Positions 1-9,919 of a stretch of 64,000 nt of DNA are shown piece by piece. Position 1 is the stretch's first letter, and every line of letters begins with the position of its first letter. This DNA is from Nitrospinaceae bacterium. GTDB lineage: Bacteria; Nitrospinota; Nitrospinia; Nitrospinales; VA-1. The notes under the pieces were generated by a model. That model was given only the letters and a program-made list of their open reading frames with translations. It ran no database searches and was not told the origin of the DNA. The translations under genes were made by a program, and so were the position numbers. The stretch is taken from assembly GCA_029261595.1 (NCBI GenBank), contig JAJDAZ010000010.1, positions 68,152-132,151 on the forward strand, written 5' to 3'.

Positions 1-136
1 AACTATCTCTTTTTCTTTGTCCCCTTCAATGATTATGAAACCTCCTGGTCGCAAACCTCCCCCCTCACTCTGGACCTGGAACCCGCCTCAACAGAGGCGT
101 TTAATAAAAAATCCAAAGAAGGCCGGGGTTTAAACC

Positions 137-2458
137 ATGTCATCCGCTCCTTCAATAAGTAAACGCCAGTTTTCGCAGCCTTCCGAAGAACAAATCCGAA
201 GAAAAAAAAAGAAGCGGACATGGCGGATCATCGCCGCTATCCTGTGCGCTCTGGTCGCTCTGACCGTCATCGAAAACTATATCCTGGAACAAAAAACCGC
301 CGCGCCCATAGCGAATAATATCGCCGTTCTGGCGGTGTTCAACATCATCCTGATCCTGCTTTTTGTCCTGATCGTTCTCATCACGAGAAACCTGGTCAAG
401 CTGTACAACGAGCGCAAGAGCAAAATTATCGGGTCCAAGTTCCAGACCAAGCTCATCATCGCATTTTTGATCCTGGCTCTGGTGCCATCCACTCTTCTTT
501 TCATGACCGCCAGCAAATTGTTCACGCTCAGTATTGGGAGCTGGTTCAACCTCCAGGTGGAGCAAACGTTGCAACGGTCCATGGACGTTGCCAGGGACTA
601 TTACTCCCATCTGGAAAAGGGAGCCTTGTTTCGCGCCCGAAAAATCGAAGGCTTTATAATAAAAGATAACCTCTTCCTGCAAAAAAACCGCGACTCATTG
701 CAGGCTCTGGCAGAAGATAAGGTAGATGAATATGAGCTTGCTGGATTGATGGTTTACGACAATAAAAAGCAGATCGTGGTTTCCGCTTACATTGAAGAAA
801 ACTCAGCCCACAGCAAGGCGGATTACCAGAATTTACTCAAGGAAAGCGTGGGCGGCGAAGGCGTTTCGGAAATTCGTTCCACCAGTCAGGGGACGTTTCT
901 GGTGGCCATGGCCCCACTCAAACAATCGCTGGAGGGAAAGGATGCCATCTGGGGTTATGTCCTCACTCTCACACCGATTCCGCAAAACTCCCTGGGCCGG
1001 ATCGAAGCCATCCGCAGTACTTTTGAGGATTACAAACAACAGCGCATTTTGAAATTACCCGTCAGCGGGAGTTATTACATCACCTTCCTCCTGATCACGT
1101 TGCTGATTTTATTTTCCGCCATCTGGCTGGGGTTCTATATGGCCAAGGGAATCACCATCCCCATTCAAAAACTGGCGGAAGGCACCCGGAGAATCGCCGA
1201 GGGCGACCTGGATTTTAAAATCGGTGTCCTGGCAAGCGATGAGATCGGTATTCTGGTGGATTCCTTCAACACAATGACCAACCAGCTCAACGAAAGCCAG
1301 CAAAGGACCCGGCAAGCGAATGAAAATCTAAAAACCACAAATACCGAGCTGGAACAGAGGCATTACTACATTCAAACGATCCTTGATAATATCGCCGCTG
1401 GAGTCGTCTCGGTGGATAAAAAGGGCCATGTCACCACCTTCAACAAGGCCGCCGAGAAAATACTCGGGGTTGGAGCGGAAGAAGTTTTTGGCTGTAGCTA
1501 TAGAGAAGCCTTCACCCCTTCCTTCCACGAACCCATTCGCAAAATGACCAAAGAAATGACCGATCAGCAAAAGGGTTCGTTGCAGGAGCATGTCGAAGTG
1601 AAAGTGGGCGAGGATCATTTAATCCTCCAGGTCAACATCCAGGTATTGCAAGACCCCAACGACAAGTATCTGGGACTGGTCATCGTGTTCGATGATTTGA
1701 CGCAATTGATCAAAACCCAGAAAATTGCCGCCTGGAAAGAAGTGGCCCAGGGCATCGCCCATGAAATTAAAAACCCCTTGACCCCCATTCAGCTCAACAC
1801 CCAGCGGTTGCGAAAGAAGTACCACGAGGACAAAGAAGATTTTGCCAGGGTCTTTGATGAAAGCATTGCCATCATCTGCCAGGAGGTTGAGGGGATGAAG
1901 GACATGCTGAGCGAGTTTCAGCGGTTCTCCCGCATGCCCGCTCCCAATCCCAGACCGGCGTCCCTGCACAAAATCATTGATGATGTTTCCATTTTATATG
2001 CGAATCATGAGAAAAAAATAACCGTTAACAAATTTTTTGATCCGAATATCAATCTGATCAAGGTGGACGCGGAGCAAATGCGGCGGGTTTTTATCAATCT
2101 GTTTGAGAACGCCCTGGACGCGATGGAGGTCAACGGAGAAATCAATGTCATCACCCGGTTGAACCAGCCGGAGAAGCAAATCCAGATCGAATTTTCAGAC
2201 AACGGAAGCGGTATCGCCCCTGAAGATATCAACAAACTGTTTCTTCCCCATTTCACCACTAAAAAACGCGGCTCAGGGTTGGGCCTTGCCATCATCAACC
2301 GGATCATTGTCGATCACAACGGCACCATTCAGGTCAAAGGGAATGCTCCGAAGGGAACCCGTTTCGTCATCGACCTGCCCTATTCCCTGGTTTCCCTCAA
2401 GACAACCCCTCCCCCTCCAGCCCAAATTCCTCCCAAAGCGTCCGGTTCGGTGTCCTGA
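137..2458 (+). CDS. NtrY-like membrane sensor histidine kinase (TM-HAMP-PAS-HisKA-HATPase)
   Basis: 773-aa ORF with an ATG start. N-terminal TM helices. HAMP-like segment IPIQKLAEGTRRIAEGDLDF. PAS-like ILDNIAAGVVSVDKKGHVTTFNKAAEKILG. H-box HEIKNPLTPIQL. ATPase boxes FENALDAM, DNGSGI and GSGLGLAI. No response regulator follows it. Confidence 0.9.
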   Translation: MSSAPSISKRQFSQPSEEQIRRKKKKRTWRIIAAILCALVALTVIENYILEQKTAAPIANNIAVLAVFNIILILLFVLIVLITRNLVKLYNERKSKIIGSKFQTKLIIAFLILALVPSTLLFMTASKLFTLSIGSWFNLQVEQTLQRSMDVARDYYSHLEKGALFRARKIEGFIIKDNLFLQKNRDSLQALAEDKVDEYELAGLMVYDNKKQIVVSAYIEENSAHSKADYQNLLKESVGGEGVSEIRSTSQGTFLVAMAPLKQSLEGKDAIWGYVLTLTPIPQNSLGRIEAIRSTFEDYKQQRILKLPVSGSYYITFLLITLLILFSAIWLGFYMAKGITIPIQKLAEGTRRIAEGDLDFKIGVLASDEIGILVDSFNTMTNQLNESQQRTRQANENLKTTNTELEQRHYYIQTILDNIAAGVVSVDKKGHVTTFNKAAEKILGVGAEEVFGCSYREAFTPSFHEPIRKMTKEMTDQQKGSLQEHVEVKVGEDHLILQVNIQVLQDPNDKYLGLVIVFDDLTQLIKTQKIAAWKEVAQGIAHEIKNPLTPIQLNTQRLRKKYHEDKEDFARVFDESIAIICQEVEGMKDMLSEFQRFSRMPAPNPRPASLHKIIDDVSILYANHEKKITVNKFFDPNINLIKVDAEQMRRVFINLFENALDAMEVNGEINVITRLNQPEKQIQIEFSDNGSGIAPEDINKLFLPHFTTKKRGSGLGLAIINRIIVDHNGTIQVKGNAPKGTRFVIDLPYSLVSLKTTPPPPAQIPPKASGSVS

Positions 2459-2586
2459 AAATATCAAATGCGCCGTCCGCTCTTTTCATCCACTGAAATT
2501 TGGTTTAAGATAAATCCACACTATTAATACGAGAGTTTTACATAAGTAAGAGAACCTGCATGAAGTTTATCCTAAGCCTATCCTAA

Positions 2587-2664
2587 ACGTCGTCGCGAGC
2601 CGCAAAGCGGCGTGGCGATCCAGAGTTCTGGATTGCTTCGTCGCTCACACTCCTCGCAACGACA
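2587..2664. repeat. GC-rich imperfect palindromic (nested hairpin) intergenic element
   Basis: Outer arms gtcgtcgcgag / ctcgcaacgac and inner arms gcgatccag / ctggattgc are near-perfect reverse complements around a short centre. An internal mini-hairpin ccgc-aaa-gcgg is present. The element is a GC island in an AT-rich spacer. Confidence 0.5.
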
Positions 2665-2727
2665 AATTATACAATGACGCGGAATTCCTTAACCGGCTCC
2701 CATGTCTGGTCCTTAGGGCCTCATAAT

Positions 2728-2961
2728 ATGAAAAAGAAATTGACCGTCGACCTGGATGAAAAAGTTTATCAGCGGCTTTTGGAGCATTTCAAGGGCGATG
2801 AAAACGCCTTGAAGGAATACGCCGCTGGGGTATTGGAAAATCAAAACCCCGATTCCGGGGACAAACCGGAGTCGGAGAAAATAAAAAAAGGGCTGGAAGA
2901 TTATTTAAACAAGGGAAGCGCCGGGACCCGTTCCTATGGGATCAAGGGACAGGGCTGGTAA
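2728..2961 (+). CDS. small hypothetical protein (possible ribbon-helix-helix-like N-terminus)
   Basis: I prefer the ATG at 2728 (MKKKLTVDLDEKVYQRLLEHF...) over the upstream ATG at 2674. There is no recognisable family, only coding-like composition. Confidence 0.35.
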   Translation: MKKKLTVDLDEKVYQRLLEHFKGDENALKEYAAGVLENQNPDSGDKPESEKIKKGLEDYLNKGSAGTRSYGIKGQGW

Positions 2962-2984
2962 CTCCAAACAGGATTTAAAACGTT

Positions 2985-3407
2985 ATGTCAGAAAATGGAC
3001 GATTCATAGACAATAATAATGGAACCATCACAGACACAAAAATGAATGTGATGTGGAAAAAAACCGATTCCTTTCAGGATAATAAAAAGTGGCTGAATTG
3101 GTTCAAGGGTCAGGATTTTGTGGAAATCGCCAACCTGGAACGGATTTCCGGATACGAGGACTGGCGCTTCCCCACGGAAGAAGAAGCCTGGAGCCTGTTT
3201 GATCTGGAAAAAACGAATCAAGACAAATACGGGGATGACATCTATCTGGACCCCATTTTTGAGCCGGGAAGCGCCGGCACGACCTGGACTCTGGAGGAAA
3301 AAGATTCTTCAGCTTTGATCATCCAGTATGAAGACGGGCAAAAAGTCTGGCCTTCGAAATACTCCCACCTGAACATGGCCTATCGCATGGTCCGGAAAAT
3401 TACCTGA
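2985..3407 (+). CDS. DUF1566 (Lcl C-terminal-like) domain protein
   Basis: 140 aa. 'NGTITDTKMNVMWKK' and 'GYEDWRFPTEEEAWSLF' resemble the DUF1566 signature (TVxDxxTGLMWq ... WRLPTxxEL). Confidence 0.55.
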   Translation: MSENGRFIDNNNGTITDTKMNVMWKKTDSFQDNKKWLNWFKGQDFVEIANLERISGYEDWRFPTEEEAWSLFDLEKTNQDKYGDDIYLDPIFEPGSAGTTWTLEEKDSSALIIQYEDGQKVWPSKYSHLNMAYRMVRKIT

Positions 3408-3533
3408 GTATAAAAGGAAACCGCAGACCGGGAAATCCTCACCCACCCTCACCTAACCGTCACCCCGCAGGTGCTCCCATGAGGGAAAGGGATTATTTTT
3501 CATCCGTGTTTATCTGTGTTTTAAAAAATCCCC

Positions 3534-5153
3534 TCAATTAAAATGTTTGTACGCGGCGCGAAAGGGATAAATCACTCGCACCTTTGGTTGATCAGGCCCT
3601 TGATAGCGGAACCAGGGTTGCACCACAAAGGCTATTTTTGAAATTTCAGAATTAAAGGTTTTGAAGTTTTTGGGATGCAAACGAGTCGCGCCCATTTCCA
3701 GCGTCAACCGCGTTCCCTCCGGGAGTGAAAATTCCTTATCCTGACCAGAAGACAGGTCGATTTTAACGGAACCATTGCCCCCCTCCGTCACCACATAATT
3801 TCCCTGGGCAATGGGCTTGTTTCCCGCCCCTTCGGCAAAAATTCGCCAGATGTACTTGGTATCAAAACCTCTGGTGTGGGCCACCGGGATAACCGGATCA
3901 AGAAACTGGAGGATGTCGCGCCCGTTTTCCCGGTAATAGTGGGCATTGGCGACGGGCCATTTCACCAGACTTTTCTCAAAAATCTTGCCGCTCACCCGAA
4001 CACAGCGTTCTTTCTTCAAAAATTTTTCCACCGGAATGCGTTTTTCTCGAACCAGTTGTTTGCGTAACTCCAGTGATTCCGGAGCCAGAAGATAACAACT
4101 GGCGAAGGCCAACTGATGGTCCCGGTTTTCCTCCTGAGGGCTGGATTCAAGAACCTCCTTCAGACGACTCACCATCTCCGCTTCCAGCCTGGGATGATAG
4201 CCCCGGCTCACCTCTACAATGATGCGGGTCGTCCCGGACCAATCTTTTTTTGCGATGGCCCCATCGAAGTCGGCCAGAATTTTATCGTGGTGGTTTGGGT
4301 TATTATCATCGGCGGGAAAATATTCCTTGCCGCCAAATACCTTCTCCTTGAGAAATTGGTAGCGGCCTGGATGGCTGTATCGGAAGTAAGGATAATGGAT
4401 ATAAGCCGCCACCGAGTTGGCAAAATCTTCCTGCATGTTCTGCCGTGAGTAGGTGGATAAATGACGTGTGGATATGGGCGCATAATTGTCCACCTCCGCA
4501 TCATTCAAAAAGGTAAAAAGAAAATCGCTGTCCGGTTTGCCGTCCAATGCAGGCATATTAAGAACCCGAAATTTTGTGAGCGCCGCCCATTCCTCCGAGA
4601 AACTTGGGAACCCATGCGTCATATCAAACAAATGCGCCATCTCATGGTGGACAATATTTTTAAAGTCCGTTTCGTCTTCATAAAATATGGAATTATAAAA
4701 TTCGGCCCGAGGGTCCTGATTGCCTACAATAACCTTATACGATCTGCTTTCCTGCTCGTACACGGTAGAGAAGGCCGGCAAAACGGCGGCGGGAATTTCA
4801 TCCTTTGGTATATTTCCGGACTCCACCATGATCGCGTCTAACCGGTAAAGCCCCTTCACCCCCGGCATGCGGTAAAACGTAGGAGGGAGATCGGAAATTG
4901 CGGATTGCAATTTTTCAATCTGATCGGTGCGCCAGGCCTGGCCGAATTCCACCAGTTCGTAACCAAAATCCGCCTTGAATTTATCCATTAACTTCTTTAC
5001 TTCCTGGCCGTAATCCCCCGGATATTCATAAAATTTCCTTTTAGGGGCATTCTCTTTAGAATCGGGTGCTTCATCTGATGTATAGTGAAACTGAAACCCG
5101 GACAAAAACGGTATCAAAACCAACAGGCCGATCACGGTGGACAGTTTTTTCAT
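3534..5153 (-). CDS. secreted HExxH protein, putative zinc metallopeptidase
   Basis: ATG at 5153 gives MKKLSTVIGLLVLIPFLSG, a signal peptide. The longest ORF begins at a TTG at 5171. HExxH motif 'VHHEMAHLFD'. No closer family recognised. Confidence 0.6.
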   Translation of the reverse strand: MKKLSTVIGLLVLIPFLSGFQFHYTSDEAPDSKENAPKRKFYEYPGDYGQEVKKLMDKFKADFGYELVEFGQAWRTDQIEKLQSAISDLPPTFYRMPGVKGLYRLDAIMVESGNIPKDEIPAAVLPAFSTVYEQESRSYKVIVGNQDPRAEFYNSIFYEDETDFKNIVHHEMAHLFDMTHGFPSFSEEWAALTKFRVLNMPALDGKPDSDFLFTFLNDAEVDNYAPISTRHLSTYSRQNMQEDFANSVAAYIHYPYFRYSHPGRYQFLKEKVFGGKEYFPADDNNPNHHDKILADFDGAIAKKDWSGTTRIIVEVSRGYHPRLEAEMVSRLKEVLESSPQEENRDHQLAFASCYLLAPESLELRKQLVREKRIPVEKFLKKERCVRVSGKIFEKSLVKWPVANAHYYRENGRDILQFLDPVIPVAHTRGFDTKYIWRIFAEGAGNKPIAQGNYVVTEGGNGSVKIDLSSGQDKEFSLPEGTRLTLEMGATRLHPKNFKTFNSEISKIAFVVQPWFRYQGPDQPKVRVIYPFRAAYKHFN

Positions 5154-5359
5154 TGAGAAGCGTCTCCACAAATAGGAAAAGTAGTTTCATTCAGACTAAC
5201 AAATGGCCGGATCAAAAGGCAATGGTTGTATTTTCCTGCCGGATTAAAGTTTTTTAATCCAGTCGGGGCCTGGTTTTTTTAATGGAATTTTGCAACGTTG
5301 GACCAATAGTTTCATCTTAAACAGATAAAATTCACCCAATATTAAAAGGAGGTTTATTG

Positions 5360-5833
5360 ATGGCGCAGTTACCTGGAATTGACGAAAAACTGATCAAATT
5401 GAATCCGGACTGGACGGTTGAAAATGCCGGTTCCACACCTCTGGAAAAAGAAGTATCTGTTAATGATTTCAATGGAAAACGGTTGGTTGTGACCTTGCCC
5501 GGAGCGGGTGGATTTTGCAACAAGGAAATCGATCTGATTAAAGAGAATATGGGCAAATTTAAAGACGCAGGAGCCGATGAGGTCGTGGTTATTGTTGGCA
5601 CGGATGTCCTGAGTAACGCGGGCCGTGGATTGCCCAATCTCCTGCAAGATCCAGATCAAGCGTTCGCCAAGGCCAACAAATTGAACCTGGAAGGAGTAAG
5701 GAGCCGGTATTTGCATCGTTCCGCCATTGCCGTGGACGCCAGCGGAAACCAGGTTGCTAGAGAAGACGCTGAATTGCTCGGTTGCCGGACGGTGGATGGG
5801 TTGGTGGAGGTCGCTAAAAAAGCCTTCTCCTGA
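5360..5833 (+). CDS. thioredoxin-fold redoxin / Prx5-like peroxiredoxin-like protein (single Cys)
   Basis: AGGAGG at 5347-5352 lies 7 nt upstream of the ATG at 5360. 'VSVNDFNGKRLVVTLPGAGGFCNKEIDLIKENMGKFKDAGADEVVVIVGTD' parallels the PGAFTPxC region of Prx5-type redoxins. Confidence 0.5.
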   Translation: MAQLPGIDEKLIKLNPDWTVENAGSTPLEKEVSVNDFNGKRLVVTLPGAGGFCNKEIDLIKENMGKFKDAGADEVVVIVGTDVLSNAGRGLPNLLQDPDQAFAKANKLNLEGVRSRYLHRSAIAVDASGNQVAREDAELLGCRTVDGLVEVAKKAFS

Positions 5834-5925
5834 GAATTACCCCAAAATCCAACTTTTTCAAAAGCTCTCCGCCGCCTGCGGCGGGGTTTCGCTTGCTTTC
5901 CCCCGAACAACTTTACATAAAAAAA

Positions 5926-5964
5926 CCCCAGGAACCTGACGGCTCCTGGGGTAATAATTTTTTT
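5926..5964. terminator. bidirectional rho-independent terminator between convergent genes
   Basis: Stem ccccagga (5926-5933) pairs with tcctgggg (5944-5951) around a 10-nt loop. It is flanked by an A-run upstream and taataattttttt downstream. Confidence 0.6.
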
Positions 5965-5979
5965 CGTGGTCGGAATGGA

Positions 5980-6381
5980 TTAACTTTTGTGACGCCCCCA
6001 CGCAATTTCTCCATCCGCCGCATCCGGCCCTGTATCATCTTCTGAAAATGCGGGCTCGGTTAGCGTAGGAGCCGCAGGTGCCGCTGGTTGCGCGGCGCTT
6101 CCACCGGACAACAAACTGTTTTTGGTGTCGCCGTCTACCTGCCCATTTGCGGCCAATCCCGCGCTTTCCTGAAATTTCATGAGCGCGGCTTTCGTCCTCG
6201 ATCCCCAGATACCGTCCACGGGACCCGGATCAAAACCTTTTTCAACCAGAGCTTCCTGAACCGACCGGGTCATGCTATCGGCAAACGAGGTAGAAATCCC
6301 GATTTGGAGGAACAGCCCCAAGAATATTGTGGCAATGACCAGCCTGGAACCCGCCGATTTAAAAAACATGAAAACTTTCAT
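5980..6381 (-). CDS. secreted peptidoglycan-binding (PG_binding_1) domain protein
   Basis: AGGAGG lies 4-5 nt upstream of the ATG. Signal peptide present. 'VQEALVEKGFDPGPVDGIWGSRTKAALMKFQESAGLAANGQVDGDT' is a typical PG-binding repeat. Confidence 0.7.
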   Translation of the reverse strand: MKVFMFFKSAGSRLVIATIFLGLFLQIGISTSFADSMTRSVQEALVEKGFDPGPVDGIWGSRTKAALMKFQESAGLAANGQVDGDTKNSLLSGGSAAQPAAPAAPTLTEPAFSEDDTGPDAADGEIAWGRHKS

Positions 6382-6594
6382 TTTTCCTCCTTTAATTGAG
6401 TTTTTCTCTTAAACAAAAAGGCTATCCAAATTGGACAAATAAATTTTTAAGGGATTGTAATCTATACCATAGATTCACATTAAGATGCCAGCACAATTAT
6501 TTATTATGAGATCCGAACCGGGAATCAGGCAGGCACAACCCAATCTGCCGGGCGCAGGCACATGACCCACCGGTTCCGGGACTTTCAGGGAGAT

Positions 6595-8826
6595 CTATTT
6601 GGATTGCATTTCATAGACCCCATCCCAATCATCCTGCGGGGGGTTGAGTTGATAGTCGATGCACCGCTGGCTGTAGGTCAAGGAAGGCCCGTCCTTGTCA
6701 TGAACTTTTAAAACTTTTTCAAAACAGGCGAGCGCTTTTTTCCATTCACGATTGGAATAATGCTGTAATCCTTGATGGAACAGGGGCAGGATGTCGCGAG
6801 TTTGCTGGTCCACTTCTCCCTTTCGACCCAGCACCTCGTAGATCTTTATGGGCTCCGACTTACCCACAACCCGTATCCTGTCCAATTCCCTGGTCTCGAT
6901 GTCCTCCCTCACCATTTCATAGGTGAACTGGCTGATCATGGTTTCGGTCTTGTACTGTTTGTTGACCCCCTCCAACCGCGCCGCCAGATTCACCGAGTCC
7001 CCCATCATGGTGTAATCCATCCGGGTTTTGGAGCCCATATTGCCAATGACCATTTCTCCTGTATTCATGCCAATCCGCATAAAAAGCTCATGCTTTCCTT
7101 CAGCCTTCCACACGGCCCGCATCTCCTCCAACCGCAGTTGCATCTCGATGGCCGCCAGACAGGCTCTCCGGGCGTGGTCCTCATAAGGAACCGGTGCGCC
7201 AAAAAAGGCAATGATGGCATCGCCTTCGAATTTGTCCACCGTCCCTTCATATTTCAGGATGATATCCGTCATCTCGGTCAGGTAATCGTTCAACAATTCC
7301 ACCAGTTCATGGGGAGTGAGTTTCTCGGAAATGGTGGAAAACCCGGCCACGTCGGAAAAAAACGCGGTCAGTTCCTTACTCTCTCCGCCCAGTTTGAGCA
7401 GGGAAGGATTATCGACCAGCCGGTTCACCACCACCGGCGAGAGGAACTGACCGAACGCGGATTTTATAAACCGTTTCTCGCCCTCTTCAAACGCATATTT
7501 ATATAAAGTAATTCCTGAATAAACAAAGATCTGAGTGAATACCGGATAAACCGTATCAATCCAGAGACCTTGAGCCGTGAACAGGTAATAATCCGCTACC
7601 AGATAAGACAAAATACCGCCTGCCAGAAATAACGCCATTCCATAGGCTTTGAAAAAATGTGCGATGATGCCTAAAAACAGTCCCGATCCCAATATCATAG
7701 CGACATTCAAAACCCTGAGCCATTCAGGCCGAATCAGGAAATCCTGCTGAAGCACGCTTTCCACCACATTCGCGTGTACCTCCACCCCCGGATAGAGCGG
7801 CCCATAGGGAGAAACATGCAGGTCGTAGGTTCCCGCGGCAGAGGCACCGAGTAGAACAATTTTGTTTTCCAGTTCCGCTTTCCCTATTTTCCCGGAAAGC
7901 ACATCGGCGGCGGATAGATGCGAAAAGGTATACGCCGGACCGTAATAGTTAACCAGGAAATCGCCGGACTCCGAAGTCGGAATGATGTCCTCTCCAAGCC
8001 GAACCCCGTCCACACCAAAGGGAGCAATGACCACCCCGGTGGGGAGCCTTTTGGCCTCATGCAGAACCTGCAGACTCAAGGGAGGAAACAGATAGTCCCC
8101 TGATTGCATGACCGTGGGCACCCAGCGAACCACCCCATCGGATTCGGGGATGAACGAAACAAATCCCGCGCTGTTGGCGGCATCCATCAAACTTGGGAGA
8201 CTCATTCCCACCGCATACACGGGGCGCAAGGGCACGGGATTGTCAGGAGAGTCGAACCTCTGGACCACTGAAAACTGGGAGAAGTCCAACAAATCTAAAT
8301 GCATCTGGCTCATTTTTTCAACGAACTGATCATTCGCCGCCGCCTCGGTGGGGAAAACGGAAAATCCCAGCACGGTGCGCTCGGACTTCAGGATCGCCTC
8401 GGCAAAATGTCCGTCCGAATCGCTGACTTTTTCCAACCAGCTAATCAATTCTTCGCTTCTCATGCCGCTAACATCCTGCTTATGAAGCGCCTGCTTCACT
8501 TCCGTGAAAGGCACATAGGCGTCTTTTTCCGGAAACAAAATATCGATGCCGACCACCGAAGCCCCTGCATCGGTGAGACGGGAAATCACTTTGGCCAGTT
8601 TGGTCCTTGGCCAGGGCCACCGGCCCACCTCTTTCAAGCTCTTCTCATCAATGGCGACGATCACCACCCGCCCTGTGATCTTTCGAACTCCCCGGGAACG
8701 GACCTTGAGGTCGTAACTCTTAAGCTCCAATAATTTAAATAATTCCAAATCGAGGGTGTAGGTGAATAAAGAAACCAGTGACAACAGCAGAGCCACCGTA
8801 AAACTGTTCACCCATTTTTTTTTCAT
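6595..8826 (-). CDS. CHASE2 sensor-domain class III adenylate/guanylate cyclase
   Basis: CHASE2-like N-terminus (KSYDLKVRSRG...VVIVAIDEKSLKEVGRWPWPR) followed by TM helices. Cyclase core FFSDVAGFSTISE ... KFEGDAIIAFFGAP ... RIGMNTGEMVIGNMGS ... YTMMGDSVNLAARLEG. The start is either the ATG at 8826 or the GTG at 8838. Confidence 0.9.
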   Translation of the reverse strand: MKKKWVNSFTVALLLSLVSLFTYTLDLELFKLLELKSYDLKVRSRGVRKITGRVVIVAIDEKSLKEVGRWPWPRTKLAKVISRLTDAGASVVGIDILFPEKDAYVPFTEVKQALHKQDVSGMRSEELISWLEKVSDSDGHFAEAILKSERTVLGFSVFPTEAAANDQFVEKMSQMHLDLLDFSQFSVVQRFDSPDNPVPLRPVYAVGMSLPSLMDAANSAGFVSFIPESDGVVRWVPTVMQSGDYLFPPLSLQVLHEAKRLPTGVVIAPFGVDGVRLGEDIIPTSESGDFLVNYYGPAYTFSHLSAADVLSGKIGKAELENKIVLLGASAAGTYDLHVSPYGPLYPGVEVHANVVESVLQQDFLIRPEWLRVLNVAMILGSGLFLGIIAHFFKAYGMALFLAGGILSYLVADYYLFTAQGLWIDTVYPVFTQIFVYSGITLYKYAFEEGEKRFIKSAFGQFLSPVVVNRLVDNPSLLKLGGESKELTAFFSDVAGFSTISEKLTPHELVELLNDYLTEMTDIILKYEGTVDKFEGDAIIAFFGAPVPYEDHARRACLAAIEMQLRLEEMRAVWKAEGKHELFMRIGMNTGEMVIGNMGSKTRMDYTMMGDSVNLAARLEGVNKQYKTETMISQFTYEMVREDIETRELDRIRVVGKSEPIKIYEVLGRKGEVDQQTRDILPLFHQGLQHYSNREWKKALACFEKVLKVHDKDGPSLTYSQRCIDYQLNPPQDDWDGVYEMQSK

Positions 8827-9059
8827 GAAATAATTCACTCGGAAAGGGGGGAGACTATTCAGGAATCAGGGACGTGAATTAAAATATCCGGCAACATATT
8901 AGCCCAATGTCGTAAGGCTAAACCAGTAAAAAAACCGCGGCAGGGGTAACCGAATAAATGGCGACATGGAGCCGTCATCCAATCCGGTCATTCGGACCGG
9001 AAGATATCGGCTTTGATGTATTTAAAGATAAGGCGTTGGCAATGAATCGGGCGGGGGAG

Positions 9060-9443
9060 CTATTTTGCAATGATCTCGGGCAATATCGTTTTTTTGTCGA
9101 TGACAGCGGCGTCGATTTGACTCTGGGAAAGGTTGCGGACATTGTTCAGATCAACGCCCATCAATTTTACGCCGCGCAAATTCGCACCTTTAAAATTTGC
9201 TCCGGCTAAAATGGCGTCGCCAAAATGGGCGGAGCGAAGGTTGGCCTGACTGAGGTCGGCGCCCGACAGATTGGCGCCCATCAAATTGGCACCCATGAGA
9301 TAGGCACCCATCAACTTGGCATTCCTCAAATTGGCGTTCACCAGATTGGCTCCCTCCAGACTGGCCCGCATGAGGTTGGCACCGGTCAAGTCGTTTTTCG
9401 TTTCTTCCACTTCCTGAATAAAAGATTTTTTCTGGTTTGCCAT
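9060..9443 (-). CDS. pentapeptide-repeat protein
   Basis: 127 aa, dominated by A(D/N)LxG-type pentapeptides (GANLMRASLEGANLVNANLRNAKLMGAYLMGANLMGANLSGADLSQANL...). Confidence 0.9.
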   Translation of the reverse strand: MANQKKSFIQEVEETKNDLTGANLMRASLEGANLVNANLRNAKLMGAYLMGANLMGANLSGADLSQANLRSAHFGDAILAGANFKGANLRGVKLMGVDLNNVRNLSQSQIDAAVIDKKTILPEIIAK

Positions 9444-9919
9444 GGAGCCCTATTTTACATCCTGGTTTTTTTGATATGATATGCAACCACATCGAGTTTA
9501 TTTGAAGGTAATCCCTCAAAATTTGCAAATAGCTTGCCAATCAATTTTCGGAGGCATCAACAATTATTTTATGTTGAAATTTCGTGGCTTTTCGAGGAAA
9601 AATAAGCAGGAAAAAAATAAGCAACTTACGTATAGTATGAATTTGTGCCATTGATTTGTCCTATATTGCAAACCTGAAAATCTATTTCCACCAGCCAGGA
9701 CACCATAGAAAAACCGGCCAACTCTTTAAAAGCGGATTTCCAGAATAAATGACACACGAAAAAATCATTCCGGGGGGGGGGGAATCCTTGAGAAGTTTGT
9801 TTGGGAAACTCTGCAAGCAGGTTGCAATGAAGTCGCAATTCAACAGAAAATATATATCCCGCAGTGAGCAAAAAGTTCGCCGGGCAAAATGTGACTTGTT
9901 TCTTTTTTAATATAAGTTT

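Noticed and set aside
1-171. Two frames are open from the 5' edge of the window. One ends at 133 (...GRKPPPSLWTWNPPQQRRLIKNPKKAGV). The other ends at 171 (...YLFFFVPFNDYETSWSQTSPLTLDLEPASTEAFNKKSKEG...) and overlaps the kinase start.
   Set aside because: Either could be the 3' end of an upstream gene, but fewer than 60 codons are visible. There is no motif, and I cannot choose between the frames.
152-682. Long antisense ORFs opposite well-supported genes, e.g. 152-682, 6772-7506 (244 aa), 29480-29944, 50315-50926 (203 aa), 53070-53705 (211 aa), 58109-58735 (208 aa) and 62419-63006 (195 aa).
   Set aside because: Each lies entirely within, and antisense to, a gene with clear family motifs (kinase, cyclase, PKS, BioA, glycosyltransferase, porin, Map). 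Their translations are low-complexity or Arg/Pro/Gly-rich with no recognisable motifs. These are typical shadow ORFs.
3433-3499. An imperfect hairpin (aatcc...ccctc / gaggg...ggatt) followed by a T-run, between the DUF1566 gene and the convergent HExxH gene.
   Set aside because: The stem is interrupted by large internal mismatches and a ~30-nt loop, too weak to call a terminator with confidence. It may still function bidirectionally.
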